DNA of 64,000 bases from positions 80,910,001-80,974,000 of the forward strand of contig OZ024742.1 of the NCBI GenBank assembly GCA_964016885.1. The letters are read 5' to 3'. Below, piece after piece: positions 40,602-54,889 of the stretch. Numbering within the stretch: position 1 is the stretch's first letter; each line of letters begins with the position of its first letter. A program made the position numbers and the translations under genes. This DNA comes from Eledone cirrhosa. Taxonomy: Eukaryota. The notes beneath the pieces were generated by a model. It did not search any database. It saw only the letters and a program-made list of their open reading frames with translations, and was not told where the DNA came from.

Positions 40602-43102
40602 TTTTTCAATGATTATTTACATACATGACCTCCTTTTCAACACAATAGACATACAGAAACATATGTATATATTGATGCACAGTGGGTTGACATCCATTAT
40701 AATATTTAGCATGGCAGTTTACATTCAAAGATTAAAGTCATATCAAAGAACAAAATTAAAGTTAAAATACAACATTGGCAGTTTACGAAGATAAAGCAAG
40801 AGGATAGTTTGAAGTAGCTAGTGTATGCAATAGTTACACATGAGGCATGCACGTGTGTCTAGTTTATATAAGATTATAGTGCGGAAGGGTGTTATATGTA
40901 ATACAAGCACTTTAAGCGGGCAATCAAGAGTATTGTGGGGGTTGCATTGGTAAAGTATTTTTTATATGTATGATATAGACGCTTGTGTGTAGAGAGATAT
41001 TAAAATTATTAAAAATATTAGAAATGAGAAGTAAAACAATGTTATGATTTTCGTATACACCATTTTCACAATCCAGGAAACGTAATATATAGGTTATATG
41101 ACCTTCACATAATCTACGATGATTCAATATTGGATGTTTGATGAATTATGTTAGAATATTACATCTTGTTGTTCTTTAATCCAATTTTATAGAGCAGGTT
41201 GTATTTGTTGCGAGAATTGACATCATATTATTTTCCGGAAGTGTTTGTGTGATTAAGGGGAGTTAATGCGTGTTAACTAGCTGATTTCTATAACTAAATT
41301 TATTATCCTAATGTACATTAAATGGTGTCTCAAATGAGTCCCTATCATATAAGGTTATAGACAGTTTCTAAATTTAAGTATCGTATCTATAAATTACAGT
41401 GTAGTCTATCAAGAAGTACTAAAGCTGTTCATATTAGGATGATTACCTTCTAACATAGAGTGCCACAACTGAATATTTTACATGAAGAGTCAGATCCCCA
41501 AATCAATGATCTTTGTAAGTGTAGTCTACCCGCAGAACCTGGAAGGGTTTTATTAGAATCACTTCTATATATAACTCCTGGTAAGCTCTAGGTCAGTGCA
41601 TGTCTGATTGCATGGTAAAGTTAAATATCACTAGGGTAGACCAGAGATCATTTCTCACAATGTCACTAATCTGACCATCAAGTCATACATGTATGTATAA
41701 CTCATATATCACTTGTACATCATTCATTGCACTCAGAATATAGGTTATATAGTTCTTTTAAGTTAATAAATTAATTAATCTTCCATTTATCCAATGATGG
41801 CACTCCATACACAGAACATCATTAGCACAACCAATTCAGTGTTTAAAGTTTACATTAATTATATAGTGGTGTAATGTAGTCTAAGTAATTGAAGGCAAAT
41901 ATACCAAAAGTAGATGTACATGGGGATATCTCTAGGGTAAAAGGTACTAGGAGGATGTCACTATTTGTGTTAAAGTGGATCATTGAGTGTGGAGATGTGG
42001 TGTAAGGTGTTCCCTTGAGGTTTGTTCCTAGAGGTGGTGACGGGTTCAAGTCTGACATTGTTATATATTGGGTTTAACGTTTTGGAAGGAGTGTCGGAAG
42101 CGGTGCTGGCAAGCCGCGAACGCTTCTGATTTTTTATTAAGGAGATTATGGTTTGAGAAGATAATAGTATGGGTCTCTAGTAGACAGAGGTTACAAAATG
42201 TATTAGGTGGTTTGTACGATGTCGCGTTACCTATCACTTCCCATTTAAGTGTATAAGATTTATTTTTAGTTTTTAGATAGCGTATGTAGCTAGATAGTGA
42301 GGTGGAGTTGGCTAGACTGTGTTTTTTGAAAGAGTGGAGGTACGAATTGTATCTGGTTTTGAAGCAGTTTGAAGTCGAGCCTATATAGGTTTCAGAAGAG
42401 TTGCTAGTTGTGACGGTGCATGAGTATATGCTATCCTTGATTAAGCATTTTTTATCTAAAGGGCAGGTTCTATTTGATCTACAGTTACAATTATTCTGGG
42501 TGTTAGTCTGCCGGTTATTATGTTGTGTAGAAGTATGGATGGTAGCTATAGGATTATGGTTATGGGTCTTGTCGTTCCCAGCGTTATTGCTTACACTAGT
42601 GCTATTACTATTATTTATATTGTTATTAGGGTTAGTTGATATAATGTTATTTTGAAGGTGTATCGTCTGTTGTGATTTAGTTTGTTGGAAGTAATAATTA
42701 TTTTTTTCTTTTATTGCTACTAGCTATGTGGTATGCTATGTTAGACGTAGTAGAGTAGGACATTTTAATAGTGTTTTTGTTTAAAAGGCTATGGTACTTG
42801 TATTACATATAACACCCTGCCGCACTATAATCTTATATAAACTAGACACACGTGCATATCCCATGTGTAACTATTGCATACACTAACTACTTCAAACTAT
42901 CCTCTTGCTTTATCTTCGTAAACTGCCAATGTTGTATTTTAACTTTAATATTGTTCTTTGATATCACTTTAATCTTTGAATGTAAACTGCCATGCTAAAT
43001 ATTATAATGGATGTCAACCCACTGTGCATCAATATATACATATGTTTCTGTATGTCTCTTGTGTTGAAAAGGAGGTCATGTATGTAAATAATCATTGAAA
43101 AG

Positions 43103-43151
43103 TTGCTCCGAAGACTCCAAACCTCGGTTTGGAAGAAACAATTGTAAGCGA
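43103..43151 (+). ncRNA. Type I hammerhead, U4C core (inverted pLTR copy)
   Basis: Same motif as 40553-40601; GUA cleavage after 43146. Confidence 0.8.
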
Positions 43152-43212
43152 ATAAATGGTTTACACAGAACTTTGATTCATGTAATTTCTCTCTCTCTAT
43201 ATATATATAACA

Positions 43213-43542
43213 GAAATAGAAATGCTAATGTTACATAAATCGTTTATTCATCATAATTATTTCCAAGGTTTCCCTTGCAATTAAAAAGACTTTCATGCAT
43301 TCTTTGTTGTCATGAGAACGATATCTTCAGAAGAAATCCGATTTAGTGAAAAGCTGCAGGCAGGAAAAAACACACGTCCTTCAGCTCGTGTGTCCAGCAG
43401 CATATCACTAAATCGGATTTCATCTGAGGATACCGTTCTCATAACAACAACAAATGCATGAAATATTTCTTGATTGGATGGGAGAACATTGGAAATAAAT
43501 ATAATTATTAAACTATTTATGTAACATCAACATTTCTATTTT
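43213..43542. repeat. Imperfect inverted repeat (~140-bp arms)
   Basis: gaaatccgatttagtga / tcactaaatcggatttc and atgttacataaat / atttatgtaacat; each arm has a decayed CTGA.GA...GAAA. Confidence 0.85.
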
Positions 43543-43636
43543 TGGTATGTTTATACAAATCTCCATCCTAACTAAAAGCTGTGTGTTGAGAGCTTTTTCT
43601 TGCTTGCTCCTATGTTTACCAAAACAATCTCTTCGG

Positions 43637-43783
<147 letters not shown>

Positions 43784-43785
43784 CT

Positions 43786-44482
43786 AAATAGCTTAGAGTT
43801 TAGACTCAATGGGGTCATTTACAATCATTTCAGCTCTAAGAATCGCTTCTGAGCAGTATAAATTAATATTTGATGAACATTTACATGTTTTAGTTGCAAT
43901 TGACTAATAAAATCGCTAGAGTGAAAATATCTTAATTCAACAACATAAAGTCTGCCTGTACGATATAAAAAAATTAAATCAATACTCACAGACTCATATG
44001 GGCAAAAACCCTTGGTACCTAGACACGTTTAAAATTCAAAATACAAACTTTTTCCGCAGATCGGTCAGAACTTCAAACTTCAAACATGTTTCACAAAGGA
44101 TGGTATAATAGTAAAATAATTAACTAATTAGCAGTGAGTTAATCAACTTTTTCTGTGTTTATCAATAGGTACCCAGATAAAATTAAATAACTCCACCGCA
44201 GAAAAATATCTAAGGTCTGGTTAGCGTAGCGAAAATACACGAGGTTTTGCACACGGCTTATTCCAGTCCTCTAACGTCCCACACATAGTGCTAGAAATAA
44301 CAGCCGTTTATATGGGATTACGAATTCAGCCTACCTGGGGGAGCAGTGATAAATAGCTTAGAGTTTAAACTCAATGGGGTCATTTACAATCATTTCAGCT
44401 CTAAGAATCGCTTCTGAGCAGTATAAATTAATATTTGATGAACATTTACATGTTTAAGTTGCAATTGACTAATAAAATCACT
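43786..44482. repeat. Non-coding element with ~130-bp terminal direct repeat (period 565 nt) in (TA)n
   Basis: aaatagcttagagttta...gactaataaaatc at 43786-43914 and 44351-44479. Confidence 0.85.
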
Positions 44483-44489
44483 ATATATA

Positions 44490-45994
44490 TTCTCAGATAA
44501 ATTGGAAGGGTAGATTTCTGTGGTTGATATGGGGGGCATACTATGTTTTTTACGGCCCTAGATACTCTAGGGAGTGATGAAAGTATTCTTAGCGTTTTGA
44601 TATATTAATATCTGTTGTCTCTGTGCAGAGGCCATATGTATTAATATGAATATGGAATGATTACAGATTATATTCTATTTTATCTGTTTATTCTATCTGT
44701 CCATGTACATGTATGTTGCGCACGCATATATATATATATATGTATGTGTGGATATGGTTCTGGATATGTTACAGATGGGCATAATATTCTATACATGAAC
44801 GATAATCATGTATGTGAGGGCAGGAATGTTAATATTAGTATATATTTTTATGTATATGTATGTATGTATATATATATATAGTAAAATATTTTATAACGCA
44901 AGGGAACATTTTTTCATGTGAAATAAGAAATTACAGAGCTGATCACGTAAATTCACGTGTATGTCTATAGTGTCAACTAGAACTTGAGATGACCTTCTAT
45001 TTTTCTCTTTCTTTCTTTTTTCGGAAAGTACATATATACTTATGTATTTCCGTATTTTTTGAAGTTTTATCACCGTTTTTGGTATATCGACCTAAGAATT
45101 TTTAAACTAAACATATGGTCATTATTTTTCACACATTATATATCTATGTCTCATTCATGAATATTGATATTTACATTATAATACCCAATTCATATGAATT
45201 GATAATTCAAATTGATAAGACATAACGTAAAGTTGTAAATCTGTCATCCTTCTCTCTGGATATAGCTCTTTCTTCTCCTCCCTCTAGACATGATGAAATT
45301 TAAGTATCGGCTACTTTAATTTTACCTCTATTGTTTTCTCTCTTACCTCTCTCCTATTTCTCTCACCTCCCCAGGTATAATTATTATTATTCGGTCTACC
45401 TCTTCCCCCCCACCTCTATCTCTCTCTACCTCTCTGTTGTCTCTTTATTTTTTTTATTTCTCTCCGTCTCCTTAAGACTATAACTAAATAAATAAATAAA
45501 TAAATAATTACAGTACTCCCTCCCTCCTAAATCTCTCAATTTGTATGATGAATTATTATTATTCATCTGTTGCCTCAGCTGCCTCTCATTTTTCACCTCC
45601 TCACTATTTCTCTCTCCCATATCTCTCTCTATCTCTCTTTGTTTTTCTTTACATACATTTCTTCCTTTTCTCTGTCTTTCTTTCTAACTGTGCTTAACAC
45701 TAAATATTTATAAACATTTCACTACCAAACCAACTTCTCAAATGGAAGTTGATCAATATTTATGGTACGTCAAATTTATTTATAAAACTGCTCATATATT
45801 GTATTTTATCTGAAGAAGGCATGCCATATTTTTAATATGGTATCCCTGAAATATGTATAATAAAATAAATATGGTTTTATAAATATAGTTTCCATTTGTT
45901 TAATATCGTATATCTACTCCAAAACTTGTTGAGTGCTTTATATCAGTTATAAAATATTTACTCGTTGTAACCCAACAATTTTAAATAAAACTTT

Positions 45995-46000
<6 letters not shown>
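44490..46000 (+). mobile_element. PLE family E 3' UTR / pLTR copy
   Basis: Reverse-complement homologue of 25062-26630; ends aaataaaacttttgc + (TA)n. Confidence 0.85.
45802..45867 (+). ncRNA. Type I hammerhead, intact core, 31-nt stem II
   Basis: TATTTTAT-CTGAAGA-AGGcATGCCATATT ttt AATATGGTATcCCT-GAAA-TATGTA-TA-ATAAAATA. Confidence 0.85.
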
Positions 46001-46060
<60 letters not shown>

Positions 46061-46063
<3 letters not shown>

Positions 46064-46480
46064 GAATGTTCAAGACCCCGGCGGCAGAGCTCAAGGCATT
46101 TTGACGGCTACTTCTGCACTAAATTAGAATTTTTATCGTGGTAATAAATAGCCTATCTTTTCAAGGGGTAATTCATTATATGGGCAAGTTCAGCCCCCAC
46201 CACCTCTCAGCCATCGACATGAAAGATTTAATTGTGTTTACAAGAAATGTTGACCAATCCTTTTGACAACTACATTCTTCTCATAAAGGAATTATACCTT
46301 GAAAATTTCGGCTATTTATTACCACGCTAAACATTATAATTTAGTCCAGGAATAGCCGTCGAAACGGTTTGAGCTGTGATGCCTAGTAGACAACTGATGA
46401 TGGATATTCCTAACTTCTATTTCTAATTCTTCATCTTTTATACTTAATTGTAACAACACAGCTCGCCATTTTTTATTTAT
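46061..46480. mobile_element. Solo inverted pLTR pair (family C) carrying long-stem-II U3-A8 hammerheads
   Basis: 46075-46169 (-): ACCCC-TTGAAAA-[55 nt]-..GGGGT; 46293-46375 (+): TTGAAAA-..CGGCTATT[...]AATAGCCGTC-GAAACGG; 3' half also present in palindrome 24921-25036. Confidence 0.7.
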
Positions 46481-46503
46481 ATATATATATATAGATAGAT
46501 AGA

Positions 46504-46571
<68 letters not shown>

Positions 46572-48159
46572 TGTGTGTGCGTATGTGTGTATGTGTGTGT
46601 ATGTGTGTGTGTGTGCGTGCGTGTGGGTGTGGGGGTAGAGATAGAGAGACTAAGGGATGCGCAGAAGGGGTGAAATATTGTAGAGGATGAGTAATTATTG
46701 AGCTACAAGCGAATAGATAGAGAGACGTATATGATCACACATACAATAAGTGTATGCGTAATAAACACATTAACTCGCAACGAGTGTTTGGAGCTTTGAT
46801 TCTGTCACCATTATCCTTGACCCTGACGTTTCCTCATTTGCTACTGTGTGTATATAAATATAAAACCTTGCAAGTTTGAAATATAAACTGCAGTTAGATC
46901 CATCGCTGTGTCACGTGGGTTCGAATCAAAATTCTTAACGATACAATAATATATGTGATTATATATAATAATATTGAAATCGATCCAACAAATCTTCCTT
47001 CTGCATTTATATTAAACATTAGGAGTTGACTCTAAAACAACTAAACATTCATATAATGTTCATAGATAGGACAAATTCACGTACCATTCCAAATTCCTAT
47101 CAGTGATGAATGTGAGCTATGCAATTCAATGAAACGAAACCCGCACCAGATTTACAGTATATATTATGATGACAATTTTATCTTATATATATTCCACTTA
47201 ACGGTTATTAAATTTTAAACGCTATATTTCTATATTAGATTATCAACGATATTGGGAAGCGTTAGTGACTATTCTCACTATAAACGTGTTAAAGCTTTAT
47301 AAGTTTTCATATATTCAATTGATTATTTGATTCCGTTTAAATGTTCCCTTTTTAAACAAGCCACTAGCAGTTTAACTGAAATATATTTACCAACGTAATG
47401 TCCAAATATGAATAAAATATCCAATACGATTTAGTGTTAAGTATATATAGGATATTGCCTCAGAACATTATGAAGTCGATTCGATCACTTGTTAACATTT
47501 CTTTTAAAGCAAAGCTAAAATACACTAGCACTTGAAATTACTTCACTATTATTCACGAACTCTCTTTTTTAGACATATATGTGTATGGGTGAACGTGTGT
47601 TTGCCTATCTTTATTTGTATTCGTTATGCATTTATTGCGTATGTCGTAAGTACATATACACAAATTGTGCTTTTGGTTTCTTTTGTTATAAGCGTGTTAT
47701 TCTCAATGACATTTTACAAGGCTTTGAGAAATATTTCGGCAAATTATTTGCCGATAGATATAACAGAAACAATTTACTCCTTAAAATGAAAATAATACAA
47801 CTACAGTTCTGTGCATTTTTTTGCGACCAACTGCATTTTAGCTGTCATATTATTAGTAACCATATTATACACGAACACAAACGCGAAATTATCGCAATTA
47901 TTGTTTTTTCAATCATTGTACATAACTCGACCAATCACATTAATTGTTGTATTTACATATATATAACTCACCGAGTCAATATTGTAATACATTTAAAGTA
48001 GTAATATGGCTGCCATTTCAAGCGTGCTAATATCATCCTTCTTCACGAAGAAGGCTGTTCCCAGCGCCAAATATCTCTACGATTCGATGTATCTAAGACT
48101 GGTGTTAAAATAAATACTTTCCCCGTAATTCAAAAACAGGGACTCTTCACACAGACAAG

Positions 48160-48340
48160 TGGCATGTAAGAACACGCGAGATAAGTGTTGACGCAGGATA
48201 TGTCGAATTGCAGTGTCAATTCCAACTGCTTCCAACTCATATATCCAAGCCCATCTTCCCCATGACACAAACATATCATCTCCTACCATCCGACGACGCT
48301 GTGTTAAGACCTGGATGGAATCAATGCCTCGCAAAATGGC
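48160..48340 (-). pseudogene. Possible mariner-like transposase HTH remnant
   Basis: IDSIQVLTQRRRM...IYELEAVGIDTAIRHILRQHL loosely resembles the mariner N-terminal HTH pattern; no TIRs or DDD domain seen. Confidence 0.25.
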
Positions 48341-49090
48341 TGCAGTAATTGTCAACAAACAAAGTACTAATTTGGAATAACCAATTGGTTGCATAATGCT
48401 ATGTTGTACGGATGTAATAATATGCTATTTTTATCTAACAACTGTACCTTGTTCAATATTACTCTAACCTAATACAATGATTGGGGTGGTCTCTGAATTA
48501 TGCACAACACTGTATATTGTAATATGAATGTCATTTCGGCTTCAGGAAAGCTCGACATCACATGGGACTAAATACTGACAACTATATATATGATTTTCGC
48601 AACGGATAAATACATATTTGAAATCACTATTAAAATACATTTCTTTCACTGAGGCATATTACAGTGTCCATAAAATGCATACATTCTAATGTCACGCTAC
48701 CTCAAAGATATTAATGTACCCACTTGTGTTTAATTTTTCAATTTCACACAACATTTATGACAAATAACATACGCACTTTCATATCATATACTTGATCAAT
48801 TTCAATAATTGTAACGAAACTACTCTGCAATGTAAAATAGAAATACTTGTTGATAGCTGCATAATATGTTAAAATAATTGATATTCTGAAAGATATTTCA
48901 ACGGAGAATTATTTCGAGTTAGCTTCTTAAATTTATCCGACTATATGTTCATAAGTAACGATAATATAGCAGTTGTTTAATGCAAATTGTTTCAGATTAC
49001 CATTGAAATCATATTGCATTTCACACTCACACACACTTTTGGTCATGCCATATATATGCATATATGGAATAATAATAATAATAATAATAA

Positions 49091-50680
49091 AGGTATTCGA
49101 CATGGTACCTCATTCTTGGATAACCAAAAGACTAGAGATCTTCAATATGGCAGATAACATGAGACAGTTGTTCAGCAAAAGTATGAAGTCCTGGAAAACA
49201 AAGTTGTTTGTCCTTGCCCTGATTCCCCTGACCATTATACTGCGGGAGGTGAGAGCAGGATACAAGTTGGGAGAGAGAGAGCTTACCATCAATCACCTCC
49301 TCTTCATGGACGAGCTTAAGCTCTTCGGGAAGAGTGAGAAGGAGCTGTATGTGCTTGTTGACACTGTCCGTATTTTCAGCAATGATATATGTATGTCATT
49401 TAGTATTAGTAAGTGTGGAATCCTTGTAATGAAGAGGGGTAAATTGAGCAGAAGCAACGGAATCCGGGTACCAACAGGTGAGATGATAAAGGAAATTGAC
49501 ACTGAAGAAGGATACAAGTATTTGGGTGTTCTGGAGGCTGATGACATCAAGAACAAAAACATGAGGAATTGATAAGATCTGAATACATTCCGAGAGTAAG
49601 GAGCATATTAAAGTCATATCTGAACAGTAGGAATGCCATAAGTGCAGTACATTCCCGAGCTGTGTTTATTATTAGGTAGAGTGCGGGAATTCTGAGATGG
49701 AATGTTGCTGAACAAAAAGAAATGGATAGGAAGACTACGAAGCTATTGACTATCTACAACATGTTCCATAAGAGGAGTGATGTTGATATACTCTACTTAA
49801 GGAGATCTGAAGGTGGAAGTGGTCTTATCAGCATAGAGGACTGTGTTCAGATGGATAAAATCAACCTACACAAATTCGTGACTGATAGTAGGGAGCCAAT
49901 GCTCAGAATTGTACTGAAGGAGATGACAATAGACCAGGGGATGTCCAAGGAGGAAATAACAACGAGGAGAAAGAGCAACCTTCATGAAAAGTCCCTTCAT
50001 ATTGCCTTCTTTGAGAAAACTGAATTCAGAGATCCACAGACATGGAACTGGTTGAAAAGAGGAGAACTTAAAAAGGCTACAGAAGGAATGTTAATGGCTG
50101 CGCAAGAGCAGGCCCTCAAAATGAAGTGGCTGAAATACCATATTTACAAGGAGGAGGCTAGCCCACTGTGTAGGTACTGTGGAGAGAGAGAGGAGACTGT
50201 GGCTCACATTGTACCCGAGTGTAAACACCTAGCCCAGACTCACTTGCACCTATGCAAAGTAAACAATTTACCACATTCTGAGAAGTGATATGAGCATAAG
50301 CCAAATTCGGTGATGGAAAACGATCAGCTGAAGGTGCTCTGGGATTTCAGGATACAGACGGACAAGAAACTGGAACACAATATACCTAACCTGGTGGTTT
50401 TGGACAAGGGAAAAAATCGTGCCTGTTGTAGATATAACCTGCCCATTCGACAAAGATTTTCATAGGCGTACTAGGTACTATCTCAAACAGTTTCCAAGGA
50501 TGGTTAAAGAAAATTGGTCCCGCCCCGCTTTTTGGAACACTTCAAAAGCTATGCTGGCTGGGAATAGCAAGAACCCTCCGATACGTCCTGAATATCTGAG
50601 GCTGCAGGCAGTGGCTTGATATTCATTTCAACAAACTTTTCAGTTATATAACCTCAATGACTGAGACTCAAAGAACAATA
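49091..50680 (+). mobile_element. 5'-truncated Dong/R4-clade non-LTR retrotransposon in (TAA)n
   Basis: FDMVPHSW, HLLFMDELKL, YKYLG, RSEGGSGL, CRYCGEREETVAHIVPEC, WDFRIQTD; (AAT)n on both flanks; QGD region deleted. Confidence 0.88.
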
Positions 50681-51269
50681 ATTATAATAATAATAATAAT
50701 ATTTAATTTAATATTTAATTTGATACCAGAAATCTTATAGTTAGAAAAGAAAATGGCTAGAAAACAACAACCAAATAACGTCACCACCAGCACCACCACC
50801 ACCGCCTCAACCACCATGATCATCACCACTACCACAAAACATCTAGCCAAATACAAACCAACACCATCCCTATAGTACTCCTCCCATCACCACCGTCACC
50901 ACTGCATCATCGCTACCGCCACTATTCCCTCACTACTTAAGAGAAGGGTGGTGGTGCCGCTACACATGAAAAAAAGCGAGGAAGGTATCAAAAGATATAA
51001 ATAGACTGTGTTAGTGACTCGGTCAAACAGCTAACAACCACAACAACACCAACATAATTATGTTGTTGTATTTCTAAACTCTCTCTAAATGTTTAGTTTA
51101 AATGATGTCAAATCTAAATTATAATATAATAATAATAATTGCTTCTGCTTTTGGCACGGGGCCAGCAATTGTCCCGGTGTGTTGCAGGTGATTTGTGGTG
51201 TCGGCCACCTAGGGATGGAATGGGGAAAAAAATATAGAAAAAATTATAGTCGAAAAATTATAGAACAGA

Positions 51270-54068
51270 ACACAGACAGTGGTCTATTTAAAGTATATGA
51301 ACAGAAATTGGCCCGACAGGCTCGGGTAATAAGAACTAATGTGTGGATAAGCGAGCTGGAACTGGAAGAACTGATCAGAGAGATTAGATTGGAAATGGAG
51401 AGTGGAGTATATCAGGCATACAAGCCAGTGGGAAATGAAGGTGAAAAGGGTTGAGAGAACGGAGGGACCATCCGAAGTAGACAATAATCTGAATGCTGAA
51501 ATAAATAAAACCTGGAACAAAGATACGGCCAATGAGGAAATGAATGCTGACGGGCTAGGACACGATTTGGTTGATATCCTAAACTTAGTGGTAGATGAAA
51601 TGAACAATGATAGTGGGAAACCTATGAACCTAAGATTTGTAGACAGGAAAAAGTTAAAAGAAACAACAGCTAAGGTGAACAAAGTCATACCATACCTTGA
51701 GGCGAGGATCCTCCACCAGAGCAACAATATCCTCAAAGCAACAGCAAATGCGTTGATGAAATTACTTGGCATAAAAGCGAGAGGAAACAACAAACAAGAA
51801 AGATCAGAACCTTGGTGCAAGAAACGACTGAATGGTCAAATCAGGGAAATTAGAAATTACATTGTAAAGCTTGAGTCCCTACTGAATGGGATACTAAAAA
51901 ACATAGAAATTAAAAATAGACAGGAAGTAAAGTACAAAACTAGGAGGAAAATGCTAAATATTATCATAGAGGAACTGAAGCAACGCATTGTAGCAAAGAG
52001 TGCAAAAATTAGGCGATACGAGAGCAGAGCCTGTCAGTATAGACAGAACCGCATGTTTGACAACAACCAGAAGATGTTGTTTGGACAGCTTGAAGGGAAA
52101 GAAAGAGGCGACGACTTGATCCCTGAGGCGGAACAAACTGAGATATTCTGGAAAGGAATATGGGAGCAGGTAGTTAAACATAATGACCAGGTAGTGTGGA
52201 TTGAGACAGTACAAAAGGAGATTAGTGAACAGGCACACCTACACACTGATTTGAGTATCACAGTTGAAAATCTTAATGGACAGGCCAAAAAACTAACCAA
52301 CTGGAAATCACCAGGCCCAGATGGTGTGCAGAGGTATTGGATTAAAAATATAACATCCCTCCTCCCGAAACTGACAACCATGTTCCATGACTGCTTGATG
52401 TCAGGTGAGGTAACAGAGTGGTTGACAAAAGGTACCACAGTTCTAGTAATTAAAGACCGAATCAAGGGTAATGATGTTACCAATTATAGACCTATCACAT
52501 GTCAGTCCGTAATGTGGAAACTGTTAACAAGCATTGTGTCTGAGGAAATCTACCATCACTTCGACACGAAAAACTTGATACGGGACGAACAGAAAGGATG
52601 CCGAAAGAAGTCCCGTGGTACAAAGGACCATTTACTTATTGATAAGAGGGTAATGAGGAATTGCAAGAGGAGACACACTGGTCTGGCCATAGGATGGATA
52701 GACTAAAAAAAGGCATTTGACATAGTGCCTCATTCTTGGATCACCAAAAGCGTAGCGATTTTCAAGGTGGCAGATAACATCAATCAGTTGTTGAGCAAAA
52801 GTATGAAGTCCTGGAAAACAGAGTTAACATCGGCTGGAGAATCCTTGGGTGTCGTGAAGAGCAAGAGAGGTATCTAACAGGGAGATAGCCTGTCCCCTCT
52901 GTTGTTTGTCCTTGCTCTGACATCCCTGAGCATTATACTGCGAAAAGTGAGAGCAGGATACAAGTTGGGAAAGGGAGGGCTTACCATCAATCACCTCTCC
53001 TTCATGGACGATCTTAAGCTCTTCGGGAAGAGTGAGAAGGAGTTGGATGTGCTTGTTGACACTGTCCGTATTTTCAGCAATGATATATGTATGCAATTTG
53101 GTATTAGTAAGTGTGGAGTCCTTGTGATGAAAAGGAGTAAATTGAGCAGAAGCAACGGAATCCAGATACCAACAGGTGAGATGAGAAAGGAAATTGACAC
53201 TTTAGAAGGATACAATTATTTGGGTGTTCTGGAGGCTGATGACATCAAGAACAACAACATGAAGGAATTGATAAGATCTGAATACATTCGGAGAGTAGGG
53301 AGCGTATTAAAATCACATCTAAACAGTAGGAATGCCATAAGTGCAGTAAATTCCCGAGCTGTGTCTATTATTAGGTACAGTGCGGGAATTCTGAGATGGA
53401 ATGTTGCTGAACAAAAAGAAATGGATAGGAAGTCTAGGAAGCTATTGACTATCTACATGTTCCACAAGAGAAGTGATGTCGATAGACTCTACTTAAGGAG
53501 ATCTGAAGGTGGAAGAGGTCTTATCAGCATAGAGGACTGTGTTAAGATGGTTAAAAACAACCTACTCAAATACGTGACTGATAGTAGGGAGCCAATGCTC
53601 AGAATTGTACTGAAGGAGAGGACAATAGACCAGGGGATACCCAAGGAGGAAATAACAACAATGTGAAAGATCAACCTTCATTATAAATCCCTTCATAGTA
53701 CCTTCTTTGAGACAACTGAATTCAGAGATCCACAGACATGGAACTGGTTGAAAATAGGAGAACTTAAGAAGGCTACAGAAGGAATTTTAATGGCTGCGCA
53801 AGAGCAGGCCCTCAAAACGAAGTGGCTGAAACACCATATTTACAAGGAGGAGGCTAGCCCACTGTGTAGGATCTGTTAAATAACATTAATGACTGAGACT
53901 CAAATAATAATAATAGTACAAATAATAATAATAAAAAGGCATGCTTGCTGGGAACAGCAAGAACCCTCCGATATGTCCTGAATATCTGAAGCTGCAGGTA
54001 GTGGCTTGATATACATTTCAACAAACTTTCCAGTTAACTAACATCAATGATTGAGACCCAAAGAACAA
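51270..54068 (+). mobile_element. Longer Dong/R4-clade copy, RLE domain deleted
   Basis: EQKLARQARVIR..W.SELELE, WKSPGPDGV, NYRPITC, EQKGCR, SFMDDLKL, RSEGGRGL; several stops; ends in (AAT)n; high similarity to 49091-50680. Confidence 0.9.
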
Positions 54069-54094
54069 TAATAATAATAATAATTATTATTATT

Positions 54095-54330
54095 ATAATA
54101 ATAATAATGATTTCTTTATTAACCACAAGGGTTTACATAAAGTAGTCATTAAGGACAGTGCAGGGCAATACAGGACGGTACAAATGGGCATTTCTGCGTG
54201 TAAAAAATAAAAACAGAGGATGTAACAAAAAATAACAATGAAAGATTCCCCAATAGGGGGGAGACTTCGGAGGGACATTTGTGGAGAAAGCCCAGTAAAA
54301 GGCCACAGTGACCCTGACCACTCTTTTTTT
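54095..54330 (-). mobile_element. Probable 3' UTR/tail of another LINE, tail-to-tail with Dong
   Basis: Minus strand ends ttaataaagaaatc + (ATT)n tail; family not identified. Confidence 0.35.
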
Positions 54331-54352
54331 CTTAATATACATTTATTTGGTT

Positions 54353-54387
54353 CCTTTATCGCTTTCGCAGTTCTTCTTTTCAAAAGT
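54353..54387 (-). ncRNA. Minimal U3-A8 hammerhead-like motif next to a hairpin (54391-54447)
   Basis: CTT-TTGAAAA-GaAG aa CTgC-GAAA-GCGA-TA-AAG; adjacent inversion aattgagatggagggtctgtggt / accacagaacctccatctcaatt. Confidence 0.4.
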
Positions 54388-54889
54388 AGAATTGAGATGG
54401 AGGGTCTGTGGTATTTTAGAAAAACCACAGAACCTCCATCTCAATTACGAATGTAAAAAAGGTAACACACGTGTTTATATATATATAAACAACTAGTAGA
54501 ACGGAAAAATACTTTTTCAGTAGAAATTGTTTAAGGTGTATATTTAGTGAAATTTCGAAGCATTAATTTATTTACAATACCGGTTACAGCATTAACTGCA
54601 TTGTCAATTGTGGATATGCAGAATATTGTTAAGTTGCATATGTGTACAAATAGTGAAAATAGTTATAATAACAAAAACAAATTAATAGAGAGAGGCGAAG
54701 CAAAGTTAATTTTCATACACGTGATCCTTCAGAGGAGAAAGTAAATTTGTTTGTCTATCCTTCTTTTCTAATGACTTTGTTGTGACTGGAGAGGTTAGAG
54801 GGATAGGAGAAGAAGGAGGAGGGGGAGGAAGCAGGGGATGGCTGTTGTGGATGCAGACTGCTATACGGGAGCGATTGAATAGTGGTTAC

